A stretch of DNA of 61,557 nucleotides, counting the filler, from Sphacelaria rigidula (taxonomy: Eukaryota): assembly GCA_964200075.2 (NCBI GenBank). It is 7 parts of 7 records of this genome, joined end to end, with 100 filler letters (N's around TTAATTAATTAA, not from the genome) between each part and the next. Parts side by side here need not be neighbours in the genome. Positions count along the whole stretch, not along the records: positions 17,619 to 26,327 come from CAXNAA020010310.1; positions 26,428 to 35,135 come from CAXNAA020010311.1; positions 35,236 to 43,943 come from CAXNAA020010312.1; 4 more parts are not named here. The stretch is one strand, 5' to 3'. Position 1 is the first letter of the stretch. Every line of letters starts with the position of its first letter. Positions 23,627-36,624 of the stretch are shown piece after piece. The notes below the pieces were generated by a model. It was not told where the DNA came from and ran no database searches. It saw only the letters and a program-made list of their open reading frames with translations. A program made the translations under genes and the position numbers.

Positions 23627-24466
23627 GTATGATCTCCAAGATAGGTCAGATGTGTCCATCAGGATCCTCGTTACCATCGTTTTATCGGTACCGATTCCGC
23701 ATCGTTTTTGAATTCAGGAGCCCATTTTTTTTAATCGGATGAATGAACGTTGCGGATGTTTTCAAACTCGACGAAGCCTTCACGCGTGGTACCGGAGTCC
23801 AGGCAGTAGTACACAGCAGTAATACACGCACAGTAAACGAAGTTAACCCTGTGTGTAGTACCGTAGTGCAGGCAGTATGCAGCAGTCATATCCTCGATCC
23901 CTGCAGTGCGGTGAAAACGGTACACAGTGAACGTCGCGACCCATCGCTGACCCCCTTGACCGAATTTCAAAGCTCGACTACTCCACAAGAAGAGCATCAG
24001 TTCTGGAAAGGGTGACGCTGAAAAGATCTCGTTTGTCCGAAAACGCGTCGTTTGGTATTGGCACCCTCTTCGTCATGGGGTAATCGAGCTTTGAAATGAC
24101 GACAGTGCTGTACTGGGAGGGGGGTGTTATGACCCGTTTTCCAGTCTATAAGGCCCATCATTGGATCCGCATATAACAGTGTTTTCGTGAGATTGACAGT
24201 TGAGGGTAGTAGAAGATACGATCGAGAGTGGCTTTGATCATTCGCTTTAAGTGAGTCATTTTTTTATTCCACGTGTACTTTTCTTCACCTCCATCACTTG
24301 CGTGTGCTTACAGCTACACGTCGATATCCTATCCAGGGATATCAAGGGCCTCAGCGGCCAACTGCAACGATTGTTGTAGAAAGCATGTTGGGCCTCGTGG
24401 AAGTGTATTTCGGAACTGAAACGATTCGTTCACTGGTTGACCGCTTTTGACTCTCAATCGTATCAT

Positions 24467-25436
24467 CACTGGGGGTTCCGATTTAAGAGCAGTCTGTGCC
24501 GAATCGCTAAAAGCGCTCTTATGTCGGAACTGCTCTTGTTCCGATATAAGAGCGGTTTCTCTTGAATCGAGCGACCGATTTAAGAGAAAGTGCCCTTATA
24601 TCGAACATATGTGTTTTACAGTACAGCACGGGCTTCTGCGAGGCTATCGAGTGAAGTAGTAACAGCTCCTCTTTTGCGGCACGTTTCCCCGTAGAGCTCG
24701 GTAGGAGCATTCTAAGCATCGAAATGTGTTTCTTCGCATCCTTTGGGAGAGCAGATGTGTCGAAATGGTTTCACCGTGTCGTTACGTCTGCTGTTTCGTC
24801 AGGTCAAGACAAAGATCGGCAGACAGCAGCACGAGCCACCCTGACTGGGTCGTTGCTTCAACGAACATGTTTTTTCTTCGGCCAAGGGACTTGAAGCAAT
24901 ACGAGCAGTGACGTAAAAAAAGAAAGAGGATGACACGATTGATTCCCTTTTTTTTCAAGGGAGTGAACTGCGGTGTTGCTTTAATTCACAGCAGTAGTAA
25001 AAAATAGTATGTATACTTTGAGGTAACACAGTGGGATGCCGGGAGTCCGGCGTCAGCAGCGGAAATTTGCAGAGCGATCCCGCCGCACAAGGCATCGCAC
25101 TTCAATCTGTGACAGTGCTGTACAGCAGTAGAGACTACTGCTGCTGTACTGCTGTACAGCAGTATTGACCCTCCTTATCCAGCTGCCTATGTGTGGTGTA
25201 GGCGAGGGGCTGCTGTGCACCAGTATCGTACTGCTGTACTTACCAATGTACAAGTTGTAGGACGAGTTTTCCAACGAGTTCTACAGGCGGGTGCGGCGGG
25301 TGCGGATGGGGTCCGATTCAAGAGCGGTCGGAGGAAATTGGGTCCGATTTAAGAGCGGTGCGTGCCAAGCCATTTCAACCGCTCTTGAATCGGGGACTCT
25401 CTTACTCCGGATGCTCTTAAATCGGAACCCCCACTG
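24467..25436. mobile_element. MITE / non-autonomous Tc1-mariner-pogo-like element (~970 bp)
   Basis: 25-bp TIRs CACTGGGGGTTCCGATTTAAGAGCA / TGCTCTTAAATCGGAACCCCCACTG (one mismatch), right end followed by TA; multiple subterminal CCGATT(T/C)AAGAG repeats in both orientations. Confidence 0.8.
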
Positions 25437-26257
25437 TACTCTCAATCTCACGAAAACACTGTTATATGTGGGTGGATACACATTTTGCGCTCAAAACCGG
25501 TCAAGGACTTTCGTGTACTGGTGTCTACGCGTATGTACTACACACGCATGATCATGACAAGAGGCGTGTGATATTATGGCGAAATAATGATTCTGAATCT
25601 CGCACATGCCATGGTCCAACCCAGTCCACATGCGGTTTCATATGCGACACAGACCCGTTGAACACCTGTGACGGGAAACTTGATTGCTCAACTGGGTTTC
25701 TCACCGTGATGCACCCGGAAGACCCTATTCGTAAGGGTTCAGAGGGTGGTATCAGAGTGGGAGTGGATAACCCAGCGTTCCCAACCGCAAAATTTTATTA
25801 TTATTGTTCTTTGCTTGAGCATTATCATTTGTTGCGATCAAGTGGTGTGTCCAAATGATCGCGCAGGTGACAACTGTCATTGAAGCCACCGCATCACTAG
25901 CTGGGCGCATTACTCCTCGATCTGTGGCGATGTCAAAAACGACTGGAAAGTCGATTGTTTCGGGTCTCACTCCGAATCTGAAACAACCCTCTGAATCTCA
26001 CGAATGTTGTGTTTCGGGTGTCGTGTCAGGGGTGATTGCGGTCCGGGAGATGGGAGGAATCCTGTTCACCGAAACAAAATCCTGGCGTTCCTCGACAGAT
26101 ACGCAGACACGTATGGGCAAAATATGCCGCATCAACATGCTATACACTTCTACATGAGGAACAAACAGGTGGGTAAATGTAGGCAGCGCTTGCGCAGCCA
26201 TTGCTTCGGTCGCGCTTATCGACCGATATGTGTGTGTGGGTGGTGGGTGGGTGGGGG

Positions 26258-26327
26258 GGGTGTACTCATGATCATGCATGCCATAGTCATAGGACCATTG
26301 ACCTCGCATCCCTACAATGCCGAGACG
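26258..26327 (-). mobile_element. Family A repeat end, cut by contig end
   Basis: GGGTGTACTCATGATCATGCATGCCATAGTCATAGGACCATTGACCTCGCATCCCTACAA. Confidence 0.75.
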
Positions 26328-26427
26328 NNNNNNNNNNNNNNNNNNNNNNNNNNNNNNNNNNNNNNNNNNNNTTAATTAATTAANNNNNNNNNNNNNNNNN
26401 NNNNNNNNNNNNNNNNNNNNNNNNNNN
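26328..26427. other. Artificial contig spacer
   Basis: N44-TTAATTAATTAA-N44. Confidence 0.98.
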
Positions 26428-26501
26428 TCCCTGCAATGGAGGGATGGGACTTCAACCTCATATATATTTTGTTTCAACCCCAAAAATTAGGATCGGCTGT
26501 T

Positions 26502-26560
26502 ATAGGGATGTTCAAGTTCCGGTGCGCTTCTCCAAGCACGCCGTCCTCTCACGCATTACA
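26502..26560 (+). mobile_element. Right half of telomere-repeat MITE (family T)
   Basis: ATAGGGATGTTCAAGTTCCGGTGCG...CCTCTCACGCATTACA matches 59049-59107. Confidence 0.7.
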
Positions 26561-27879
26561 CTTGCGTCGGACAAGCACGAAAATGACTCGAGTCTCGCAC
26601 GCTCGTTGAACTGCTAATCGGGCGTTTGTGGAAGTTATCGAGCACTCGAGTCATTGCTAGCTATGAAAACCTCCACAAGACGAGGACTCCAGCCATTGCT
26701 CGCTTTACAAAACTCCGTGGGGTTGGCACACGTATCATTGCTCGTTGTGAGCGCATGAAAGATGGGTGAGCCCTCGAGTCTTCGGTCGTTTCGAATGACT
26801 GGAGTCGACGAATCAGCAACATGACGGGCGAATAATTATCATGAGCAGCTCGACGATCTTGAATCCATCGTAATCAAGTCCATGTTCGTATCTGCACACG
26901 TACAAGCGTCAGGCTGCAAAGCGGGCCGAGATTATATTCCACGTCGCATGGCAACGTCGCACAGCAACGTCGCACAGCAACGTCGCACAGCATGAGAATG
27001 CCGGTTGGTGCTTCCAAACTGGTGCATTTGCGGTCGCGCCAGGGAGCCAGAGGCATGGACAAGGCACATTGTGCATGTACAGGGCACACGAAGTAGAACA
27101 ACATCGAAATGACACACGCCCCCAATTCATTTCGAAAACGCCAGACATGCTCAAACATGCGTCGTTTCGATCCAATGAACTGAACCGTGCAGGCAGCAGG
27201 GGCGAGTGGGTGCCAGGCAGGAGAAGCACATCCGTTGCTGTTAGGAAACTATCCGTGACATTCTATGAGCAATCCTCACGGTAGACAAAACCGCACGAGC
27301 GCCAACAGCGGTGACAGTGATAAGCGATTATACTCACGCTCCAGGATCGGATATCAAGACTGGATCATGACGTACGGGGGGAATACGAATAAGAGCTACA
27401 ATTCTGTTTTTTTAGGTATACCCGATCTAGTGCTTGCAGTACAAATCAACTGGGGGCACACGCCTTTTTCGTGTGCCGAAAATACGGGATCATGACGTGT
27501 GGTTTTGTATGAATGTTTTCCCGCCCCCACTTGATTCAGTTGTGTGTCAGTTCTGATTCAGTGGTGTTTCCAGCAGTTGTGTGTTGTGTGTGTGAGAGTG
27601 GGCAAATATGGGTAAATTAATTACATGAACGATGCCTGGTCTCAACTGGCCACGGCAGGCCTACAACTTCCCGCGACAACGCACCCGGTGTATGAGGCTT
27701 TCCATTATGCTAGCATTAAACCTAGGTCAAGGCTCATGTACGGACTGCTAGGGATTTACACGTCGTAGGCTTAGATCAGGCTACGCTGCCGCAAAATTTT
27801 TAAAACGGATTCTTCAACGAGGCATCGAAACACAACAAGAAGCACGACATCATCAACGGACAGCATCACAGCGCCACAA

Positions 27880-28190
27880 GAGCTAACTGGAGCAGGAAGG
27901 TATCCAAGACCGGCAGCGGAAACACCCCCCGGCACGCGCGTTACCAACTCTAGCATCCAAACGCCAGTGAGCAGCAATATCAAGGACAACAGAATCAGAG
28001 CTTCTCAGCTTATATCCCAGAAGGCATGTATTCATCTTTATTTTGTATTTTTGAGCTAACCGGAGCAGTAGTAAGAGGTACCCAAGATCGGCAGCGGTAA
28101 TATCCCTCGACACGCGCGTCACCCACTCTCGCATCCGAACGCCAATGAACAAGCCACGTCCGGGACGACAACGTCATCAGCTTCCCAGCC
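27880..28190. repeat. Diverged tandem duplication, ~173-bp period
   Basis: GAGCTAACTGGAGCAG...CACGCGCGTTACCAACTCTAGCATCCAAACGCCA (27880) vs GAGCTAACCGGAGCAG...CACGCGCGTCACCCACTCTCGCATCCGAACGCCA (28053). Confidence 0.75.
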
Positions 28191-29529
28191 CCTACTTCAA
28201 CACGAGCGGCAGTGCTCAAGAAGGCACGTTTCCCTTCAAATTTTTCCTTCGATTGAACACCGAATTATGATGGAACCGCCAGGATTGAAGAGTAGGATGA
28301 CTTCAAGAATGTTTTGTTATCGATAGGTCATTATTCTATTCTAGTTTGCGAGTTGGTTTGTATATATATATAATCACGTGTAACTTGTCGAAGATTCATT
28401 CTGCAGGCATACAGAAGCCCTACTTTCGAATGACGAGACCAGACCGCGACACCGCAAGAGTCAGATCGTCAACAGTGATCTCGGCGTGGGCAACAACATG
28501 ATCGCGTGGGAGACGTAGCAGGAGCTTGGGCAGGAACCGGATACGTTTTGAATTGAAATTGCCGCAGCAACGTGATATATTGACCATGTAAAACGTCCCG
28601 TGGTTACATTTGTTTCGTTTGGTTATTTTGGTTCGTTCTCTCACCCATGAAGTATTATCGTCGTTTGGTTGTGATCCTTCACATGAGTGCGATGAATTTT
28701 TGTAACCCGAGTACGAAAATAATGGGGGGTTGACCATGTGCTCACACAACTTTACACAGTGCACCCTGTGCATGCTGTTCTACATTACGACTCATGCTCT
28801 GCCCGTGTGATCAGCGCACATGGGAGAAGGGAATCGGCTGCCGTACCATTCGAGCGCAGCATTGCTCGTGCATATCCACGCACATCTTGCGAACACATGT
28901 ATGTATGATGTGTAGCACGTGGGCGGGTGACGCCATGAAAATGGTACCACGGCCTGTTGAAAACATCCGATTACATTCCATCGTTTAAATCGTTCGATGA
29001 CGACAGCGGCCGTGATACACGTCATGTTCGACATATCATCCGGCGCGCCTGTAGGCGACAGTCTTATCCTGAGAAGGGGTCCAACACTCCCCTCTGTTTT
29101 CTGCTTCAGTACCGCCAAACGTTGTTCAGCAATGACACATGTCATAAACCATACCACGCATCATGTGCACACCCAGGGGCTACTGCGACGGGGTTCGGAG
29201 GGAGTTGATGACGATCCCCCATCGAACACATTTCGTCGGGTATGATCTCACAAGTTGCACCGTGACGGCAACCCCAGTTTCTTACGCTACACATGCTACC
29301 ATCTACACTGGCGTCAAACACCCGTCCAGTACACGTATTCCCTCATTTTCACACATATGTACACTCGGAGACCACTCTGCCGAAACCTAAGCCAACACGA
29401 TCTTTACCCATACTCCCGACCAAATCGCTTCGGTTTGGGGACAACATGCTACACCGGAGCTTCTTCTCCCGGACGTGACATTACCGTCACCCAGGCCCGC
29501 CGGTGAAATACCTACCCTCGCCCGCAAGC

Positions 29530-32100
29530 ACTAGGAGCCTCCAGGGGTATCAAACCGTGGGAGCTTGCCGGACAGATCGACCTGCGTGAGAAAACGTACT
29601 GCCGTACTACTCGAAATGAAGCGGGGAGTTATTTGGTCGGTGGCGACGGCATCGGCGTCGGACTCGGCGCCGGGGTGGGCACCGGGGTGGGCACCGAGGT
29701 TGGCGCCGGCGTAGGATCCGCGTTGAAAATGAGCACCTGTACAGCACAAATGCTCGGGTTACCGCAGACGACGGCGAAACTCTCCGGCGGGTTCCACACG
29801 GGGGCGAAGGTGCCAAACCTGACCGGGGTGCGACCGGCGACAACGCCATTGACGACCGCGACCACGAAGGGATTCGTTTCGGCGACCAGCAGAGCCCGGC
29901 GGAAGATCGTCACGCTCACGATTTGCACCCTCACCTGCGATTCGTAGACAACAGAAGCGTTCGGATCGATGGCAAGTCGTCAGCGGTCGGGAAGCAGTCG
30001 GGGTTGGTATCATCTTCCCTCCTCACCACTTAGTCGGGCGTGCAAGGCAGGTCATGAGGGGCAAGGCATTTCGACGGCTACACCCATCCCCAATCGCGGA
30101 CAACTGTGCGCGGGAACAAGCAATGCCCCTCACCGGGTCCTGCTCTTCGGGGACGGAAGCATGTTGTGTGTCTTCCCATCAAGGTTGGTACAAGTTGGCA
30201 CCGCGGCATACCATGCGACGGACGACGTCCACCACGACATCGATATCGGCGACGGAAAAACCAGGCGTTGTGGACGCCTCCCCGCCGACATGGCCAAAAT
30301 TCATGCCCGACGGCTTCAGTGCGCTTTGATGGAACGTAACACAACATGGAAATATCCCACGGGTGTGGTGAGCCCGAGGTGGGCACTACGTATCTTACAT
30401 TAATCCCTCCTCCCAGCTGGAGACCGCGGGACGTCTCACTCTCCACCGACATGGCGGCTCCCTCTCCTCCGGTCGTTTCCGATAGCCTCCGATTCGCGAA
30501 CACCAGGAAGATAATCTGTCCAACCACCGTTCCACTCACGTCCAGCAGCACGACAACAATTCTCCGGCCGACCACCAGATCTATGATCTGAATAATGCCG
30601 CCGCCAATCGCAAGGCCGGGTATTCCTGCCGTCCGTATGGATATGCGCAAGGATAACACGGTCGACGCAGACCAAGCGAGGGTTTCCTCTTCACCGGGGC
30701 AGATTTGTAAAACGAGCACGCGCACCGACTTAGAATGCCTCAACGACTGTACCCCTGACCGACCAAGCAGAAAGAAGTCAGCTGACACGGGGGCATCTCG
30801 CGGGCTGAACGTCATCCGGGCAGAATTGCCGATCGAGGGTGACGTTGCACGGTATTCTCCTGCAACCCTGCGAATAACACGCCACCCGTCACGACACGTG
30901 ACAACACCATGGGACACTTTTTTCGGCACTCCTCATCTTACCAGGAATCGGAACGATGATGGCCAGCACCGGGGCTGGCGTTGGCTGCGGTGTAGCAGTA
31001 GGCGCCGGCGTCGCTGTCGGCGCCACCGTGGCGGTTGGTGCCGGTGTGGCGGTCGGGGCCGCTGTCGGTGTCGGAGTAAACTTCCTCCTTCCTGCCAGCG
31101 AAATGAACGGAGTAACCGCATACGAGGCGGCACCACCATGGCGCAAGGTCCACGTGGGTGCAACGAACGCGGGTCAGATGATCCCCAGGAATTGTTGTGT
31201 GTGATTCCACTGCGGCAGACATGATACATGTTGGGCTCTCGCCTCGTCTCTACACGCGCCGCTCTCAAAAACTGAATTGCACCACTGCCTTTAGCGCTGG
31301 CTACGGTATGGCTCGCGGGATATTGACCCGGTACGCGGTGCTCTCACCACGGAATCTCCGCCCTCTGCGCCCACGACGACGTCTTCTGCCTCCCCTTCTC
31401 CTCCTCCTCCTGCCCCTGCCCCTCCTGCGGCGTTTCCTTCTCAGGCTCCTGGCATACTCCTCACCTGGAGGTGCGGTGTAACGACGGCGGAGAGGGGGGA
31501 CCTCAGTGGAACACGATACCGGTGGTCGTCAGCGGTAGCACCCACATCGGGTGGCTTTTCGACCACGGCAGGTGCAGGACTGCCCCACCGATACCCGTCC
31601 ACGACGGCAACCACTCAAGTTTTCCATCGAAACTCCCCACCCTCCCGAACGCTCACCTTGCCCTGGTGCGCGTGTGATGGAGCCTCCGGCAACAGACACC
31701 GGGGCCAAGTCGGTCGGTCCCTTTTCTTCCCGCAGTGCCACCGCCTCAGCCATGGGTCCTGACGCGAAAGTTCGAAAACACGATGGTTCGGGCGATGAGA
31801 CACCATCGGGCATACGACCAGGAACACACGACATACCTGATGACCAAACCGAACGCGTCAGCGGAGTCCACGCCGCACAGTTCAACACCAACCTAGCGCC
31901 GGGATCAACGTCCAGAATCTGTCGTGGACATCCGACACTCATGTGTACCGTTTCCGATCCGCCTACATCAGCAGTAGGGTAAGGGCGTGATATTCGCGGC
32001 AAAAGGTGTGCCCCTCACCTGCTGAAGCTGAACGTGCGAAGAGAGCCAAGCAAAAGATGATCCCAATCACGCATCCGTACAGCTTCTTCATCGACAACAT
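29530..32100 (-). pseudogene. Apparently intronless, frameshifted gene for a secreted protein with Pro/Thr linkers and a C2-like domain
   Basis: Signal-peptide-like start MLSMKKLYGCVIGIIFCLALFARSASA at 32100; PT linkers at ~30965-31080 and ~29635-29715; C2-like ETNPFVVAVVNGVVAGRTPVRFGTFAPVWNPPESF within 29716-29934. Confidence 0.45.
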
Positions 32101-32799
32101 CCTGTCCACCCGGTGGATCCCCACGAGACGATCGCTCCCTGTGGGTCAATCAATTCCAACAGAAAAGGTTAATGCTGGGGCTGAAGTCGAGAGCACGGTC
32201 CTCGCAGGTACTGACTGAACCGAGAGGTGTAAAGAACCGTCTAGCCCGGAGTGTTCAAACTACGATGCGGTGGGGAATGCACCCGGTACTCCAACGTATC
32301 ACAGGTCCAACGCCCTCGTCAGTACGGGTGTGTGTCAACTTCTCTCCGTTGATCTGCAGAAGTATAAAATCTACACATGGGATGGGGGTCAGATCCTCCG
32401 CCACCCACTTCGAGATGACTCGAACGGGTCGACGTATGACGCCTGTACCGTTCCCGTACGTTCCGAGTTCAATTCTCAGGTCAGGCACCTTTAGAGGGGC
32501 GGTCTCCATCGATCCCGCAGAGACCCAGTACCTGTCCTGTTCCACCGCGCGACAAGTCACACCTGACACACCTCACCACTTTCTTCATAAATTGGACACG
32601 TGAACACTACTCCACCGTAGACTCGAACGAAACAGGATATGTGTCTTCTTCCGCGTCAAGAGACTCTCAACTGAAGGAAAGGCGTCTCTGTTGATCATAC
32701 CAGGGAAGACAGAGGCGTTCGCCTGGCAAAAACCTGCGAAGACCGGGGACTTGGCTGCGCGTGAAGTCACATCAAGAATCACTCCTGTCGAGGAGGCAG

Positions 32800-32800
<1 letters not shown>

Positions 32801-32841
<41 letters not shown>
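32801..32841. repeat. (CA)n microsatellite
   Basis: Directly visible. Confidence 0.95.
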
Positions 32842-32842
<1 letters not shown>

Positions 32843-33619
32843 CCACAAATACACACACAGCGCGTGCTCACGGCAGGACAGCACTCACTCTACACTCTCA
32901 CCGTCACGCGTATCCCCGACAGTGCTCTAGCACAGGAGTGAATTGGACGACCGGGTGATGGACAGTTGTGATTGGTTGTTGGGGGAGGGGGGGGAGGACG
33001 GGGGCAGGGGGGGGGGGGGGGGGGGAGGGCGGCTACGACAACAGACGATAGCGTGACGGCCCGTGTTCCATTCTCCTGCGAGCACCTGCCCTCTCACCTG
33101 GCGAACGACTTCCGCCTGAAGAAACCATTGGTACATGTTCCCCATCCCCCCTTTACACCCCACGGATCAAAGGTACATGTTTCCCACAGCTTCATGCGGC
33201 CTAAATCATACGCACATTCTATCCTAGTTCTGCCCTAATTGTGCATCAGCGCCGAGATTGGAACGATCGAGGACCTGGCAGTCTCATACCATCCACAGCG
33301 CACGTACAACGAGTTCCCGGCAAAATGTTCGCCTCAGATCCCGATTTGAGCCCCCAAAGCGCATCTCCTTTCTTCTAGGACACACCATTCACATGTTTCC
33401 CGCTCCCGACCAAATGCGGGGCAGGTATTGTACGCAGTCGACAGACGCCATAGCGGAACTCGGGCTACAATACGACGCTGAAAAAGCCAAAATTACAGCA
33501 TTCAACTTCGCATCTACATTCATTGCAGAGAGCGCACAGGTCAATCCGGGTGAGCCCGAGCATCACGGTCTGTCTAGCAAGCACGGAGACACTGTGGGCG
33601 CTGCACCCTGCTTGGGTGT

Positions 33620-33836
33620 TGTGATGCATGAGCGGACGGCGTGCTCAGGGGATCGCATGGTTGTTCGAAACACCTCAGGATCGGCGTTTTTCAAAACAAA
33701 TCGGCTTAGTCCCTGCAAGGACCACACCTCTGACCCCAACCCCAACACTAACCGTAACCCCAATACTATTCCTAACCCTAACCACAAGGATGTTCAAATT
33801 CCGATGCGGTCATCTACCGTCCTCTCACGCATTACA
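33620..33836 (+). mobile_element. Family T MITE with internal (CCCTAA)-like array
   Basis: Degenerate TIRs TGTGATGCATGAGCGGAC.../...GTCCTCTCACGCATTACA; internal CCCCAACCCCAACACTAACC...CCTAACCCTAACC. Confidence 0.8.
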
Positions 33837-34430
33837 CGCATTCCGGACCTTAGGAGCCATCACAGAACAAACAGACGCCGGGGGAATCCTACAAACCGCC
33901 GGGACCAATTTGTATTCGAAACAACAAAAGAAGCGTGCACACATGCACATTGGCCCAAAAAAACTCGCAAATCGCAGGTGAAAAGAGCAAAACGTGAAAT
34001 CACTGCACACCTTACGCATACTACGCACACAATGTTACGGTGTAGTAGTGCGCCATGTCGACATCGCAGTCGTCTCAGCGAACCCTACATCCATACACAG
34101 TATAAATATATATAGTATATATACTACAATAGCGAAGGGGGGCTGTGTAGAGCCCGTTTTTGCCCCGAGCTTGACCGATGCGCACTTCGACCAGTATTTC
34201 GCCCAGTTTCGTCAAACACCAAATTTCGTTCCGAGCCCAGCACATCAGCATTTCGGCTGTCGTGAGTCTCTCGACGACGCCGTCTTGTTTCAAGCCATTG
34301 ACTGTCTTGTCCAAACCAACCCATCGTAAGGTTGCCGTGAACAAGCCGAACTATGATATTGAAGCGAGCACCATTGAGACTACATACCTGATACGCATTC
34401 AGTAGTTCGCAGCTGAAATACGAGATCGTG

Positions 34431-34647
34431 TGTGATGCTTGAGAGGACCGCGTGCGTAGAGGACCGCATCGGAATTTGAACATCCCAATGATTAGGGTTG
34501 GGGTTAGAGTTAGGGTTAGTGGTGGGGTTAGGGTCAGGGGCGTGGTAACTGCAGGGACTGGCCCGATTTATTTTGAAAAACGTTGATCCTCAGGTATTTT
34601 GAACAACGGCGCGGTCCTCCAACCACGCGGTCCTCTCACGCATTACA
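34431..34647 (-). mobile_element. Family T MITE
   Basis: TIRs TGTGATGCTTGAGAGGACCGCGTG / CACGCGGTCCTCTCACGCATTACA; internal TTAGGG-like repeats. Confidence 0.85.
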
Positions 34648-34704
34648 ATGCCGACCAAAACGTACCTGCGCTGCAGAAAATTCGAGCGTTGACCGTCCAA
34701 CCAT

Positions 34705-34919
34705 TGTAATCCGTGAGAGGACCGCGTGCTTCGAGGACCGCATCGGAATTTGAACACCACTGGGGTTAGGGTTAGGGTTAGGGTTAGGGTCGGTGTTGGG
34801 GTTAGGGTCAGGGGCGTGGTACCTGCAGGGACTGGCCCCATTGGGTTTGAAAAACGTCGATCCTGAGGTGTTTTGAACTACGGCACGGTCCTCTAAGCAC
34901 GCGGTTCTCTCACGCATTA
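34705..34919 (-). mobile_element. Family T MITE (second adjacent copy)
   Basis: TIRs TGTAATCCGTGAGAGGACCGCGTGCTT / AAGCACGCGGTTCTCTCACGCATTA; perfect (TTAGGG)4 inside. Confidence 0.85.
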
Positions 34920-35135
34920 AGAGAGGGGTGTGTGCCAGATCAAGAAAACCTCTCTTAAACCCGACCTTCTACTGAATCGGTTTAAGAGAGGTTTTCTACT
35001 AAACCGAACAGTTGGTTTAAGAGAAAACCTCTCTTAGACTCACTTTTATGGCAACGAATCCCGATTTTTACAAATAGGAGGGTTTCAGCCCGTCTACCGA
35101 TGATTTTCTCCCGTGGATTGATTTTTCGGACCCCA

Positions 35136-35235
35136 NNNNNNNNNNNNNNNNNNNNNNNNNNNNNNNNNNNNNNNNNNNNTTAATTAATTAANNNNNNNNN
35201 NNNNNNNNNNNNNNNNNNNNNNNNNNNNNNNNNNN
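35136..35235. other. Artificial contig spacer
   Basis: N44-TTAATTAATTAA-N44. Confidence 0.98.
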
Positions 35236-36624
35236 TGAGTGACTTACGGGCTTGACCGATCTTCGGGGGTCCTGCGAAAGTTCAACCCCAGGTTCTAGCT
35301 TTTCGGTACTTTCGGGGGACCGATTCGATCCCGACTATGTAAGTGAAGACTCAAAAATGATTGTTTTATTTTTTATTGAACCTATTCACTGCGCTAAAGC
35401 CAGAAAACTATGTTTCGTGGGCCATTCACGGCCAATAACACCCTCCTGTTAAACGGGGTATTTACTCTGTATCGCCCCCACAACACCAACTTGGGCATCG
35501 TGATTTGAGCACGGTCTGCTTATTTTGCCAAAACTTTCGACGCTAGCACTTTCGAGTGCTCATGGAGAATGTTATGCGAAAAAAACGAAAATAGGCCATC
35601 CGCAGAAAATGCTAGACTGAGGTCTGTGCAGTATAGGAGGGAAACGCGATCTCGACCGTTATTGTGAAGAATTGTATACACATTCGTTCATCTGAATACT
35701 TACCGTTTCGTTGCGAAAGAGCCGGAAAACTGTTTTTATTGGAGAAAAAGTGGTCAATAACACCCTCCTGATGAATGGGGGTATCTAGTCCGTACCGCCC
35801 CAAAAACACCAACTTGTGCACTGCAGTTTGAGCGCGGCCTACGCTTTCCCCCTAAATCCACCGGCGCTGGCACTCTCAAGCAGTAATGAAGAATAGTACT
35901 CGAGAAAAACTCAAAAACTACAATAACTACGAATTCTGAAGACTTCTGATGCTGACTACTACACTGCATGAGGCACTTTGGGAGTCCCTCAATGAGGAAG
36001 ATCTGGGCCCAAGTGTGCAACTTCGGACAACTTTTGATCTGAAAAGTGCACCCCTACCGTGGTATCACTCTGCTATCAGGCTACGCGACCCTCTCTATAT
36101 ACAAGTATAATATATATATTATGTATATTTTTGGTGCAAAATATATGTTCCTTCGGCAAATCGCCAAAATATATCTGCTACGAGTGCTGCACTGTCAGAA
36201 CCACAACTGGCTTGTGGTGTTCTTCAACCCAATATTCAATATCCTTCTGTTATACCCATACTTGTTCTGCGTAACGGTAGCTGAAACCCAGGGCAAGTTT
36301 GTGATCACGACGACAACAACAGCAGCAGTAGTGTGTTCTCAACCGCGAAACAAACATGTTATGGCTTTCATTGACTGACTGCACAATTCAATATTTCCCA
36401 CGTGACACCACGCTCAGCATCATGGCAAACTTTATCGTAAACCTCAAGCCCGCCTTCGTCTACAATGTCAAGTAGTAGAAAGTACTTCTGTAGACACTTA
36501 CTTACACACTCAGCGAGACCGTACTGGAACATTGGAATCGCGGGTCTGGAACAAACTTAATCGAAATATATGAACAAAAAATATAACGCCCCCGCCACCC
36601 CCGCATCAACATGCCTACAGAAAC

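Noticed and set aside
35430-36060. Internal ~320-bp-period duplication and motifs shared with ~52893-52911 and ~54790-54815
   Set aside because: Clearly repetitive, but ends, TIRs and class could not be defined.
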